Notes: a model not told the origin generated them from the letters alone. DNA of 63,639 nucleotides, filler included, from Octopus bimaculoides (GCF_001194135.2; 5 parts of 4 records of this genome joined end to end with filler, not necessarily neighbours in it), one strand, 5' to 3'. Shown: positions 38,782-51,812, numbered from the whole stretch's first letter. Made by a program: numbers and translations.

Positions 38782-39077
38782 ATTGTATCTGGGGAGAGTC
38801 ATTTTCTTTTAGTGCTTTATTATTTAACACACTCACCGGTTCAATTTTCACTCATTTAATTATTTGATTTTTTCTAAAGTTTTCGTTCCGTTTTACAGCC
38901 TTTTCAATAATCGTTGAGACTTTGGCCATGCATAGTCGTTCCGACTACTATTGAAAAGCTTGCTAGACGCAACGAAAATTTTAGAAAAATATAAATAGGC
39001 ACATGAATGGAAATCAAACCGGTGAGTGTGTTAAATAATAAGGCACTATAACAGAATGACACTCCCCAGACACAATA
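38781..39077. mobile_element. Foldback/MITE with ~111-bp terminal inverted repeats
   Basis: 38781-38891 aligns with the reverse complement of 38967-39077, including an identical TTATTATTTAACACACTCACCGGTT block; 75-bp spacer. Confidence 0.85.
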
Positions 39078-39474
39078 AAATATGTTTCAACACACGAATT
39101 CACATAAAAAATCTTGCAAACCAAATGCAAAAACGAAATAAATATATATGTATTTTACTAGCTTAAAGTGTATATATGATCATCGTGCATTGACTAAAGA
39201 GAATAGTCTAATATTAGGTATGTAAGCTCTCGACGGAAAAGTGTACGGTTTGCCGCACCGTGCCTACATCTCTACGTATTCGCGACAAGTGTGCTACCAA
39301 TACACTAACGTTCCCGTAGCTTATATTAATATGTATTCGAGTTCTATGCGTATGGCCAACACTACTTTTATCCGCCGAGGGTTTATATGCCCAGTATTAG
39401 ACTATTAAGGATCTCTCTTTCTCTCTCTCTCTCTCTCTCTACCTGTCTGTCTTGTCTCTCTACCTGTCAACCCG

Positions 39475-39660
39475 CCTACTACCTACCTACCTACCTCCTA
39501 CCTACCTCCTACCTTCCCTACCTACCTACCAACCTACTTACCTACCTACCGTCTTACCTACCTCCCTACCTCCCTGCCTACCTACCTACCTACCTACCTA
39601 CCTACCTACCTACCTACCTACCTACCTACCTACTTACCTACCTACCTACCTACCCAGCTA
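39475..39660. repeat. (CCTA)n microsatellite
   Basis: Direct reading. Confidence 0.95.
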
Positions 39661-39705
39661 CATTACATACATACATATATACAATCATTCTTAAATAGAT
39701 ACATA

Positions 39706-39805
39706 NNNNNNNNNNNNNNNNNNNNNNNNNNNNNNNNNNNNNNNNNNNNTTAATTAATTAANNNNNNNNNNNNNNNNNNNNNNNNNNNNNNNNNNNNNNN
39801 NNNNN
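39706..39805. other. Artificial scaffold spacer (44 N + TTAATTAATTAA + 44 N)
   Basis: Same 100-bp structure as at 23974. Confidence 0.95.
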
Positions 39806-39989
39806 ATATATATCACGCCAAGTAAAAAGTAGCAATGTTTTGAACCGTGAAGAATTTGTACCAGATGTTTGCAGAGTTTTGAATTTTTTTTTTATACATT
39901 TTTTAAAAATTGTCTGATAACACAGACATAGACTTGCCCAAATGCATCAATAAATTAACATTGATATTTTTTTCACCGTTGTTACAATC

Positions 39990-40325
39990 ATCTGAAATAG
40001 AACTGTCAAAGCATGATATTTGAACAATTTTGCTATTCCACTTCGAAAAAGGACGTAAAGCAGCTGAAACTGTTCGTGATATCAGCAAATGTTTAGTGAG
40101 GAAATGACCAGTAAATGGTCAGTGCAAAAATGGTTTAAACAATCTTGCAGTGGAGACCTGAGCCTTGAAGTCTGTGAGCATAGTGGACTCACATCTGTCA
40201 TCAATGATGGTCAGTTAAAGACCATCAGTAAGAAAGATCCACATTAAACCACTCGTCAACTGGCAAAAGAATTTCAAGTTAGCCAGAAAACTGCCTGCAA
40301 TCATGTGCATGTGATCCGAAAATCA
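39990..40325 (+). mobile_element. Mariner transposase N-terminal (HTH) remnant, Hsmar1-like
   Basis: ILLFHFEKGRKAAETVRDISK...SVQKWFKQSCSGDLSLEVCEHSG.TSVINDGQLKTISKKDPH*TTRQLAKEFQVSQKTACNHV aligns with the mariner bipartite HTH. Confidence 0.85.
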
Positions 40326-40331
40326 CATACA

Positions 40332-40363
<32 letters not shown>

Positions 40364-41359
40364 GACACCATGTGGTTGGAGATTGTCATTAATTTTGATC
40401 TTATTAAAGACACTCAACAAGTGGAAAGCATGAAAGCACTTGGACTGCCCCAAACAAAGAAACAAGTGCAGCAGCTGAGGTACAATGTTCTGTCCTTTTT
40501 TTCTCTTTTTTTTTAGAAAAGACTGTTCTTAACTGATCGCAGAAAGTAAACAATATTGGGTATTAGTTTCCTTTTGGGAAACTTAGATGCTGTAAGCACA
40601 ACCTGCTGTTGGCAGCACGAAGACCATCCAGCTGTAGAAGATCTGTCTCAGTGAATTCTATGTGATACATGCAAGCATGGAAAAGTTTGTTAAAACACTG
40701 ATGAAGATAATGATGAAGGTGATGATGATGATGACGATGATGATGATGTGTGTGTGTGTGTGCTTATATATGTTTCATTGAGAAACCCCAAAACATTAGT
40801 GCTATATGAATGATGTACATCACTGCGATATGTGTTATGTATTAGATAGACACTCCCTTGTCACTCTTGCTGTCAGAAATGCAGTGAACCAGTGATTGGC
40901 TTGTTGGAAATCTATAATCAATGATGCTATTGTTCATCAAATATAATATAAAATGAATAGATAAATAATAAAGAAATAAATTAACCCTCCACAACAGACA
41001 ACACACAAAGAAAAATATTATTTTGTAACAAAAAAAAATCATTATTTTGCAAATTCTTATCATTCCACATTTCATTAATATAATTTAGTTTATTAAAGGT
41101 TAAGGTTAGAGTTAGTGAAGCAAGTTAGATCAGGGATGGGCTGAGTCAGTAGAGCATCATGTTAAATGTATTACAGTACTTAGTTTTGTTACTCTAAATA
41201 CTGAGTTCTAATCCTTTATTAATAACTATATCTTTTGTTAAGTTGATAAGATGTGTCCCAGTCCCATAAGTAAAATACTAGTAACATACTCTGGTCAGCT
41301 CCCTACAGCAATATGCTTATGAAAAATAAACTGATATATTCATATCATCATCATGAAGG

Positions 41360-41660
41360 AGGACCAAGATATGTGGCACATTGCTATACACAAGAAGATC
41401 TGCCCACCACAACAGAATTGATATCTTAAAGTGTGGTGGTGGTGGTGACTGGGTAACTGGAATGTTACTCTGTGATTTCTTAAAATCAAAGTGTCATGTA
41501 AAAAGCATTGGTGTTGGTTCTGGTACCATGTAAAAATCATTGGTGGTAGTGCCATGTAAAAAGTACCTATGTTAAAACAGACTATGGAACCTGGTGCAAC
41601 CACTGGTCTTGCCAGTTCCTATCAAGCCATCCAGCCCATACTAGCTTGGAAAATGGATAT
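41360..41660 (+). mobile_element. Old RTE-type LINE 3' end
   Basis: Repeated GTGCCATGTAAAAAG units, then GGAACCTGGTGCAACC...CAGCCCATACTAGCTTGGAAAATGGATATT, related to 53160-53310. Confidence 0.55.
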
Positions 41661-41661
41661 T

Positions 41662-41877
41662 CTTTTCTACTCTAGGTATAAGGCCCAAAATTTGGGGGGA
41701 GGGGGGGCAATCGATTTGATCGATCCCAGTATGCAACTGGCACTTAATTTATCGACACCAAATGGATGAAAGGTAAAGTCGACCTTGGTGGAATTTGAAC
41801 TCAGAATGTAAAGACAGATGAAATACTGCAAAGCATTTTGCCCGATGTGCTAATGTTTCTGCCAGCTCATTGCCTTT
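41662..41877 (-). mobile_element. tRNA-derived SINE, tail type B, CpG-decayed
   Basis: Full head-centre-tail alignment with 59736-59922; most CpGs converted to TG/CA. Confidence 0.85.
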
Positions 41878-42152
41878 GTAAAATGGATTTTAAGGGGTGA
41901 TGGTGATGATGTGATCATCATCATCATTATCATCATCAATTTACATTTATTTTTCCCTTACTGTCATGGATTGGATGTGCAAGACAGTGGCTTGTTAGAT
42001 ATTGTAGTTCTTCATCCTCTAACTTACAACAAAGATAAAACAACTCAATGCATATTATTTTTGGCAGAGTTTTTATGGCTAAATGCCATCCTTACCTATT
42101 AGAAAACACTGTATGACATGGACTTGATGCATTTTAATCTTCATATATACAA

Positions 42153-42214
<62 letters not shown>

Positions 42215-42372
42215 ACACACACACATATATATATATACATATATATATTGGGGCTCAGTCCTCTATCAGGAATCTTGAGCAAGTGTTTTCTACTGTAGCT
42301 CTGGGTTAACCAATGCTTTGTGTGTGAACTGAGTACATGGGGACTGTGCAAAGCCCATTGAATATTGTCATC

Positions 42373-42403
<31 letters not shown>

Positions 42404-42999
42404 TCATTGTTGTTATTGTTGTTGTTGTCATCATCATTGCCATCATCATTTTACATCTATTCTCCATGTTGGTAAGTGAAGGATAGATCATCAGGGTTGA
42501 ACTCAACACATATTCAAGGTATACTGCTAACCAATGCAGATTAGTGGATCTCATTTTGCCCACATTTCAGTTTTGGTTTGCTTTTTACAGCTGGATGCTC
42601 TTCCAAACTCTTTAAAGAATAAGAAGAATGAATGATAGAAGAGAAACAGGTAGTTATGAGAGGTATGTGTGATATGAGATGGAATGTTAGGAGTACTCAA
42701 TACTCTAGGATAGATAAGTGTAGTTAAGACAATATATCTGAAATGGTTGGTAGATGACAGAAGTTTGCATTACTTGGAGATGAAACTGACCCAGGATACA
42801 TGGGAAAAAAAGAGCAAGAGTAAGATTATAGACAGATTAAAACAGTATGTGAAATGCACAAAAGCATGAAAGGGCAAATGTAGAGTGAACTGGGCACAAA
42901 TGATTGGGGTCTATTTTGCAAGTTCTTTTAGTGTAAGCACTTAGTGCTCTTGTGCCCCTGCAACTTTTGAAGTATAGCTTCTACAAAATACGTGTGTGT

Positions 43000-43046
<47 letters not shown>

Positions 43047-43169
43047 TGTGTGTGTGCGTGTGTGTGTGTTCGGTTTTTAGTCATTTAAATTCTTCCTCTG
43101 AAGAAGGAGTTGGTTTCTAACAAAGATACAAAGCTACATCATTGGAATGCAGATAACGAAAATAATGCA

Positions 43170-43620
43170 TGCATGTATGTATGTATGTATGTATGTATGT
43201 GTGCATGTATGTATGTATGTATGTATGCATGTATGTATGTATGTGTGTATGTATGTATGTATGTATGTGTGCATGTATGTATGTATGTATGTATGTATGC
43301 ATGTATGTATGTATGTATGTATGTATGTGTGTATGTNNNNNNNNNNNNNNNNNNNNNNNNNNNNNNNNNNNNNNNNNNNNNNNNNNNNNNNNNNNNNNNN
43401 NNNNNNNNNNNNNNNNNNNNNNNNNNNNNNNNNNNNNNNNNNNNNNNNNNNNNTATCTGTGTGCATGTATGTATATCTGTGTGCATGTATGTATGTATGT
43501 ATATCTGTGTGCATGTATGTATGTATGTATGTATGTGTGCATGTATGTATGTATGCATGTATGTATGTATGTATGTATGTATGTGTGTATGTGTGTGTGT
43601 GTATATATGTATGTATGTTT
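43170..43620. repeat. (ATGT)n-based compound microsatellite spanning a gap
   Basis: Direct reading. Confidence 0.95.
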
Positions 43621-44254
43621 TGTATGTATATATACTTTATTTGTGGGATAACCGGACTGCCCTTAGTTTTATGTTAAGAGCTATATCTCTCAACAATCAG
43701 TCAACTCTGCTACATGGCACATTGGCGTTCATCACCATCTTGTTTTTATTGAAAATAGAGACAAACACTAACGTCCCATGTGACAGACTTGAATAATTGT
43801 TGAGAGATATCTCTCTGAAGATGAAACAAATGGTAGTTTGGTTATCCCATAAATAAAGAATATCTATTCAATAATGCTGAGCACTTGTTCTCACTGTCAT
43901 TATTAACATTTGCATGTGTTTAGTCACCAGCATGGAAGGCAGACATTAAATGATGATGAAGAGGAATCAATTCAAATACATGAATAATGAAATTAGCAGA
44001 CAGCAGGAGAACATGCACAAGGAATATATTAGTTTGACTCCTGGTAAAAGGAGAGAGTTTGACATTTCTATCATAGCTCTTCATCGGAAAGGAGAAAGGG
44101 AAAAGTTCAAAGAAGGAAAAGAAATCACTAACAGCACAAGTAATTACACTGTATATGTTTGGTTGTGTTGTTGTCAGGTCAAATCAAAATTGCTTGGGAC
44201 AGCCTTTTGTAATCTTTTCAAGAAGTGCCTCATTTTTCCTCATCTGCCATGACC

Positions 44255-44790
44255 ATGCTGCATATGGTCAGCTACCATAAGCCATCACCACTGCTGGATC
44301 CTCAGAGAAGCGAATACAATGATACACAGGAACCAACTTGGAAAATTGAGCAACATGACAAAACAGTCTGAGCTAATGTTCCTGTAGCATACAAGCAACA
44401 GATCACATTCTAGTTTCTGAGAACATTCATTGGTTGGATATAAAATTTGGCCCTTGGTAACCCTTAGTCCTGCAAAGTGTCCCGATACTGCAGGAGTCCA
44501 TGGGTCTCCTAAGGACCCCAGACAGTATCAAGTCTTGCTACAATAGAGCAAGACAGGGAGGACCAGAGACCTGAAGACCTAAACCTTTGTCCTTTTGCTC
44601 AGATATTGACAGCACCAATCACCATTGCCCATTGAGTCAAAAACTGCGCCAGCATGTCCAAGTCTCTTTAAGATTTTGGATGCACAGCTAATGCTTTTAT
44701 GAATCACACTGCAAAGATGAGTGAAGCAGTCAACATTGGCATTCTCATCTGCTACCAAGACAGACAAAGCGAGTCCTCCTGGCAAGAATT
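44255..44790 (-). mobile_element. RTE-type LINE C-terminal remnant
   Basis: YLSKRTKV*VFRSLVLP...LCRTKGY...FISNQ*MFSETRM...LRLFCHVAQ matches LS..TK.R.Y...V.P.LLYG...LRRI.G..W.D.V.N...LRWFGHV.R. Confidence 0.75.
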
Positions 44791-44859
44791 CAATGAATCA
44801 AGGACATTACATTCAACACCTCTGAATCAATTGGAGTAAGGTTTTTTCAGCAAAAATGT

Positions 44860-44960
44860 TTTCATGAACATGAAAGAATTCCAAAGCATACTCTATATGG
44901 AAAATTGTGTTCTAGAAAAAGACTTCCTTACAAACCAAAATCAAGGTGCAAGGACTGACT
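44860..44960 (+). mobile_element. RTE-type LINE fragment
   Basis: ERIPKHTLYGKLCSRKRLPYKPKSRCKD matches RIPK.LLYGEL..GKR..GRPK.R.KD. Confidence 0.65.
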
Positions 44961-45549
44961 TATATCTGGTTGAAAAAAAGATAATACTTATGTAAGAGGT
45001 TGAGAAATAATTGGAGTTCTTAAAACGTCTGATGAGTAAAACATATTGAATGTGTCCTTACATTTTGAAGAGAATAATATTAGATATCTAAAATTAAAAT
45101 GAGACTGAAGGAAAGGAAATCACATTGATTGCCATAATCCCTTCAAGTATATCCACCCTATCACAAACATTGTCCATCTAAGGCCAATTTTTATTAGTCA
45201 TTCTATGAGACATAAATAAAGCAAGTTAATAATAGATCTTTGCTAGCTGAAATGGCTTATGTCTGCCAGTCATGGGAACAAAATAATAATGACTGAAATG
45301 ATACATATTTGAACATAATGTGAAACATCATGATTCTGCAGTGCATTTAGCTAAAGAGAAAAATTTATGGGGCAGTTGTAGCAAAAGCTAGTGATCATCA
45401 ACAGAACTAAAACATCATGTTTGCTTCACAACTACATAGTTTTGGGTTCAGTCCACTTGTATAACACCACGTACAACAGCCATGGGCTGACAATTGCCTT
45501 GCGAGGAAGCTCGGCATATATGTATGCATTTATATGTGAGTGTATGTGT

Positions 45550-45781
45550 TATTTCTTTACTACCCACAAGGGGCTACACACAGAGGGGACAAACAAAGAA
45601 AGACAAATGGATTAAGTCGATTATATCGACCCCAGTGCGTAACTGGTACTTATTTAATCGACCCCGAAAGGATGAAAGGCAAAGTCAACCTCAGCAGAAT
45701 TTGAACTTAGAACGTAGCAGCAGACGAAATACCGCTAAGCATTTCGCCCTGCGTGCTAACGTTTCCGCCAGCTCGCCGCCT
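45550..45781 (-). mobile_element. tRNA-derived SINE, full length, tail type A
   Basis: Aligns end to end with 26907-27111 and 36624-36854; most CpGs retained. Confidence 0.9.
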
Positions 45782-46605
45782 TATGTCAGTGTATGTGTGT
45801 GTGTGTGTGTGTNNNNNNNNNNNNNNNNNNNNNNNNNNNNNNNNNNNNNNNNNNNNNNNNNNNNNNNNNNNNNNNNNNNNNNNNNNNNNNNNNNNNNNNN
45901 NNNNNNNNNNNNNNNNNNNNNNNNNNNNNNNNNNNNNNNNNNNNNNNNNNNNNNNNNNNNNNNNNNNNNNNNNNNNNNNNNNNNNNNNNNNNNNNNNNNN
46001 NNNNNNNNNNATATATATATATATATATATATATAAATGAAAAAATGTATAAACGAACAACATAATGTATATTGAATGTAAAAACGATTGGGAGACAAAT
46101 AATTCTTCATCAGTTAACCAATTGGTACTGTTTAGTTTCACACCTTTAATGAGTTTCACACTTTTAATGCTTCCCAATTGATGGTGCACACAAGAAAAGT
46201 TTTCTTGCATAGAATTAAGGACAAGAACAAACAAAATAAAACAAAACAAGCAAAACAGCATAGAGTGTGATTTAGGATGGTGGACAAGGATGAACAGTTG
46301 AACAAAAAATAGCCTTATGGCCAAGGAGACGAAAATAGTGGATAACTCTCAGAAAATGTCTTGAAGGACGGAGAATGAAGAGACAGAGTTTGCGACTGGT
46401 CAGCTAAGGGACCAGACTCAGAAAGGAAGAAAAATGGGAACTGACCATTGGTCATGTGACAGCAGCAGGCTGAGGAGAAAGACAGTAATACTGCATTGAT
46501 GGTAACATTGCATTCAAAAATATTACTTCCTTGTCTGTATCATACAATACACATTCGGCACTTCTAAAAAAACAAATGTAAGCCTGTTTATATACATACG
46601 TGGTT

Positions 46606-46665
<60 letters not shown>

Positions 46666-47239
46666 CATATACATACATACATACATACATACATACATAC
46701 ATAATTTTATAATAAAAACCACAAGTCTTATTAAATACAGCTACCCAGGGATTCCTGGTCAAAACATTGACTTATTTTGTCATTTCTCAACAAGCTGACA
46801 ACTGGACCATTTGTCAGTTGTCTTTTGAGCAGATGACGTTTAAACAAGAGATGTTGATAAGGAAGAAAACAAGAAGAAAAACACAAGGGAGACAACCAAC
46901 ATTACAATAAATCAATGACAAGCAGATGCAAAAAAGAGGTTAATGGTTTACTATGTGTCTAGTGGCCTATTTTTTAATTCCACAAGATGCATTTCTTAAA
47001 ACGAGGGCATGCAAATAAAAATTTATCTTAAAATACAGAAAAACGTTTATGTCCACATTGTACTCTCTAACTAGCCTTCCTTTCTTGTTCAACTGGCATA
47101 TTCATGTATCTACTCTATAGCAAGATACCTATTACTATCCTTCTATACTTCTAATGTTTCATCAACTGGCACAAAGTCACCACCCCATCACTACTACTCC
47201 CTCCTCCCAGCTGAGGAGGTTTTTGTCTTGAAACTTGCT

Positions 47240-47575
47240 TGGTGACCTGTCAGTGGTGATGCCATGTAAAAAAGCACTGGTAATAGTGTCACATAAAAAG
47301 TACTCAATACACTTTGTAAAGTGGTTAATGTTAAGAAGGGCATCCAGCCATAGAAGCCATGCTAGAACTGACATTAGAGCCTGGTGTGGCTCCCAACCTT
47401 ACCAGCTCCTGTCAAACCATCTAACCAATGCCAGTATGGAAAACGGATGTTAGATGGTTTCAGGTTCAATCTTAAAGCATGGCATCTTCAGCAAATATCT
47501 TCTACTATAGCTCTAGGCCAACCAAAGTCTTGTGAATATATTTGGTAGGTGGAAATTGAAAAAGCTTGTCCTGTG
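47240..47575 (+). mobile_element. RTE-type tail (47240-47455) followed by a CORE-like SINE fragment
   Basis: AAGAAGGGCATCCAGCCATAGAA...GCCAGTATGGAAAACGGATGTTA, then GGTTCAATC...TCTTCTACTATAGCTCTAGGCCAACCAAAGTCTTGTGAA. Confidence 0.7.
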
Positions 47576-48870
47576 TGTGTGTGTATGTGCATGTGTGTGT
47601 GTGAATGCATGTGCGTGTATTAAATAATTTTACAGTGAAGTTTAGTCTGTTTTAATTATTTTCTCACTTTAGGCTGTTGTTGTTGACAACATTACACTTG
47701 ATATCCTCTCCAATTTTTAGGTTTTCAAGTGATATTCGTATCAGATCTAATTGAATTTTGGAAATTATTCTTATTTGACCTAATTGATAAAATAAATGTT
47801 CTGAATTCAATCCCAAGTCTATCCCAAGAATATCACTTGAAAACCTTATAATTGAGATAATACCAATTATAATGTAGTTGATAAGATATCTAAAAAAACA
47901 AACATCTTGAGAAACATTATTGTCACTGGAGAACAGTAAAGGCTCAAAATACAATCTTTGGTCAAGTTCAAGAATTTCATAGAAAGACAATTGAAGAGAT
48001 TTGTGATTAAGGTATTGTGTCAGAAATATTTGTGTGACTAAGAAATTTTTTTTTTTTTAATGAGAAGTGAATATTAGCCTGTTTAGAGAATTCAGCAAGT
48101 TCTCTGGCTTATTATTATGCCACAAGATATTTAATTGGCAAGTTAATAGGGCATCAAATACAATGTCTTGTGCTGTTCTTTTCAACTCGCTACATTTGGA
48201 GTTCAAACCCTGAGGAAGTGAGATTTAGCATTCACTCATTTAGGTTTATAGAAACAAAGTACTAATTTAGTACTTGGGTTACTCCTTCTGCTTAGGCAAA
48301 ATTCTACTTGCTTTACATTCTGGTGAGATTAATTTTGCTTTTCATCTTTTTGCGAGTCAGTAAAATAAGTAACAGTCCATAATTGAGATCAATGAAATTG
48401 ACTAGCCCCACTCTCCCAAAATTTCAAACCCTGTGCTTACAGTAGAAAAAATTATTATTTTCTTCCCCGCCACCTCTCTGGCTCTGTCTCTCCCCTCTCT
48501 CTCCTCCTCTCTCTCTTCCTCTCTCTCCCCCTCTCTCTCCCTCTCCGTCTCCCTTTTCTCTCTGTAGAAGAAATCAGTTGTGCTTCGACCTGGAATAAGA
48601 TGGACAATCTGCAGGTCACTACGGCATCCCCTACAATTCCATCAGGAGTTCAAAGCTCAAAAAAAGAAGGACGTATTCCAAGGTTCACAAGTTTCTGCAA
48701 TTAATTGATATTCCACAGTCCATTAGCATTCTACATTTAATTAATATTCCACAGTTCATTTGAAGAACACAGTTCATTGGTATTTCAAAGTTCATTAGTA
48801 TTCTACAGTTCATTAGTTTCCATGGTTTATTAATATTCCAAGTTAATTAATATTCCACAGTTCATTTGTA

Positions 48871-49175
48871 CAGTGATTTTTTTCCCAACTTATTTTATCA
48901 TGGAACCCTTATGCGATTTTCAAAAGAATTACTGAACCCAAGCATTTATTTTAAAGACAACCTGTACCACCCTAATTTTAATAAAATATTAAAAGAAACG
49001 AAAAAAAAATTGTTTTAGAGAAAGAAGATATTCATATAAAAATCACATAATCATTTATTTTGATAATGGTGAATTCTATTTCTTCATAAAATAAATTTCT
49101 ATTAAATTTCATCAAAAGTCTTCTTATCTTGTTGAACCCCAGAATTTTTTCAAGGAATCCAATTTGAGAAACATG
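48871..49175. mobile_element. hAT/Charlie-like MITE
   Basis: Ends CAGTGATTTTTTTCCCAAC and (minus) CATGTTTCTCAAATT, with sub-terminal GGAACCC/GAACCCC motifs. Confidence 0.45.
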
Positions 49176-49575
49176 ACATTAGTATTTCATTAATTCATTA
49201 GTGTTCTAGTTTCATATTAATTTGTGTTTCATTTGTTTTCTGTTAATTCCTGTACAGTCTTAAAATGTATTCCAAAGTTTCCTCTTGCTTCAAATTCTTT
49301 TGTTGCTTGAAAGTCCATTAGTAGAATACTTCTTGCATTTATCATCAATATTTTAAAAGTATTTCAACAATCAGAGCTAACTGTTTCAGTGATATCACTG
49401 AAAGCTAAAAGTCGTTGTTTTTAGTTTGCTTAAAATTGTTTGGTTAAGAAGTTAGCTTCATACTTGTGTCATTCTGGATTCAATCCAACTGTACAGCACT
49501 TTGTTCATGTAACATGTACTGGGAGCATTCTATCATGCCAACATATAAGTGCACGCACACACACACATATAAGTG

Positions 49576-49620
<45 letters not shown>

Positions 49621-49684
49621 ACACACATACACACATACACACACACATACACACACATACATACAAAGTTATAAGTGCAATCAA

Positions 49685-49960
49685 GGCTGTGTGGTTAAGA
49701 AGTTTGCTTCTCAATCAAGGGGTATGGAGTTCAATATACACAGTATGATACCTTGGCAAGTGCCTTCCATTATAGCCTTGGGCCTGCCAAATCCTTGTGA
49801 CTGATGTTGGTATATGAAAATTAGAAGAAGCCCATTAAATACACATGTCTGTGTGTGTTAGTGTCTCCTTATCTTGACATGGTGTAATAGTTGTAAATGA
49901 GAGTCATTATCATACAGTGGTGACATTCATTTCCAATCTTCCATAGGCTGTAGTTGAAGC
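49685..49960 (+). mobile_element. CORE-like SINE
   Basis: TGTGTGGTTAAGAAGTTTGC...GAGTTCAATA...ACCTTGGCAAGTGCCTTCCATTATAGCCTTGGGCCTGCCAAATCCTTGTGA. Confidence 0.7.
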
Positions 49961-50301
49961 CAATGGCGATTTTTTTAATGAATTTACTTTTTAGTATTTC
50001 AAGATAATTTTATGTAATTTTGGTAAATATATCCTGTTAAAATGATATGTCAGTGCTATTTTCATTTTTGTGTAATTTAGATGACAGTTTATTCATTGCA
50101 CCCAGTATATATATATATATATATATATNNNNNNNNNNNNNNNNNNNNNNNNNNNNNNNNNNNNNNNNNNNNNNNNNNNNNNNNNNNNNNNNNNNNNNNN
50201 NNNNNNNNNNNNNNNNNNNNNNNNNNNNNNNNNNNNNNNNNNNNNNNNNNNNNNNNNNNNNNNNNNNNNNNNNNNNNNNNNNNNNNNNNNNNNNNNNNNN
50301 N

Positions 50302-50334
<33 letters not shown>

Positions 50335-50351
50335 CACACACGTGGGTATGT

Positions 50352-50700
50352 GTGAAGGCACATGGCTCAATGGTTAGAACATCAGTCTCACAGTCATGAG
50401 GTAGTGAGTTAAATTCCTGGACCAGGCTGCGTGTTGTGTTCTTGAGCAAGACACTTTATTTCATATTGCTCCAGTTCACTCAGCTGTAGAAATGAGTTGC
50501 GACGTCACTGATGCCAAGCTGTATCGGCCTTTGCCTTTCCCTTGTATAACATCCATCGGTGGCATGGAGGAGGGAGGTTGGGATGCATGGATGACTGCTG
50601 GTCTTCTATAAACAACCTTGCGCGGACTTGGGCCACGGAGGGAAACTTTCTAGGTTCAATCCCATGGTCATTCATGACCAAAGGTGGTCTTTACCCTTTA
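50352..50700 (+). mobile_element. CORE-like SINE (second family), with a different tail from 14890-15150
   Basis: GAAGGCACATGGCTCAATGGTTAG (A box), GAGTTAAATTCC (B box), TCTTGAGCAAGACACTTTATTTCATATTGCTCCAGTTCACTCAGCTG. Confidence 0.8.
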
Positions 50701-50715
50701 CATGTGTATTATGAG

Positions 50716-50748
<33 letters not shown>

Positions 50749-51155
50749 ATCTTGCAAAAAATACCTTATAGAATGTAATCCAAGTTACATCTTTTTAGTC
50801 AATGTGCAATTAAGAGTTTATCATTTATGAGTTTGATAAAATAAATACTGTGGGTTTCTTATACTTTTTAACACCTTTAAGAAAATGTCACAGCATGGCC
50901 ATCATCCAAGTACTTCAGCTAGCAAAGGAATGAAAATAAAAGAATTCACATGTATTTCTGTACTTTACAGTTTAAATGTTACTGCTAAGTAAACATACAC
51001 GCATATATGTGCACGCATGCACACACAGACACACAGATGCATACACACACCTGCATGCACACGCACACACATACATACACACGCACACACACGTGTACAT
51101 ACATATACAAGCGCACACATATAATTGACAATACCGCGTATGTATTTGCACATGG

Positions 51156-51186
<31 letters not shown>

Positions 51187-51264
51187 GATAGATAGATAGA
51201 TTGACAGATAGATATTATGCGTGTGTGTGTACATTAATATATTTATATATGTAATATATGTTTG

Positions 51265-51305
<41 letters not shown>

Positions 51306-51589
51306 AATATATGATATATATATATGCATGCACACACACACACACACACACACACATGTACAGTGGTTTTCTCTTATAGATATATATCTGAAATGTTATT
51401 GTTTGAATTATGACTGCCAAGCACATTTAACACAGCACTAATGAAATACATAAAAATCATATAATATTTGGTATAATTTCATAGTGGGAATATTTAGTGT
51501 TTAAAGGCTATAAAGTAAACAAGGTATATGTTAATGATGATTTTATAGTTTGTTTTATCTGATAACATTTTGATTAATTCAGAGGTTTA

Positions 51590-51812
51590 TTTTATCATCA
51601 ACATGACCACCAGCATCATCATCATTGTCATCATCCTCATCAACATTATCGTTGTCATAATGACCACCACCACCACCACCACCACCACTAGCTCCACCAA
51701 TAACACCATCAACTATCGTTATTGTCATCAGCATCCTCATCATCATCAACATCATCATGACCACCATCACACCACTATCCTCATTGTCATCATCATCATC
51801 ATCATCATCATC
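51590..51812. repeat. (CAT)n/(CAC)n degenerate trinucleotide repeat
   Basis: Direct reading. Confidence 0.9.

Noticed and set aside
40410-40550. Pair of small exons near 40410-40481 and 40519-40547
   Set aside because: Weak donors, a very short intron, and no recognisable joined peptide.
47664-47990. 108-aa minus-strand ORF as an exon
   Set aside because: No recognisable protein and it overlaps the inverted repeat; donor and acceptor are only moderate.
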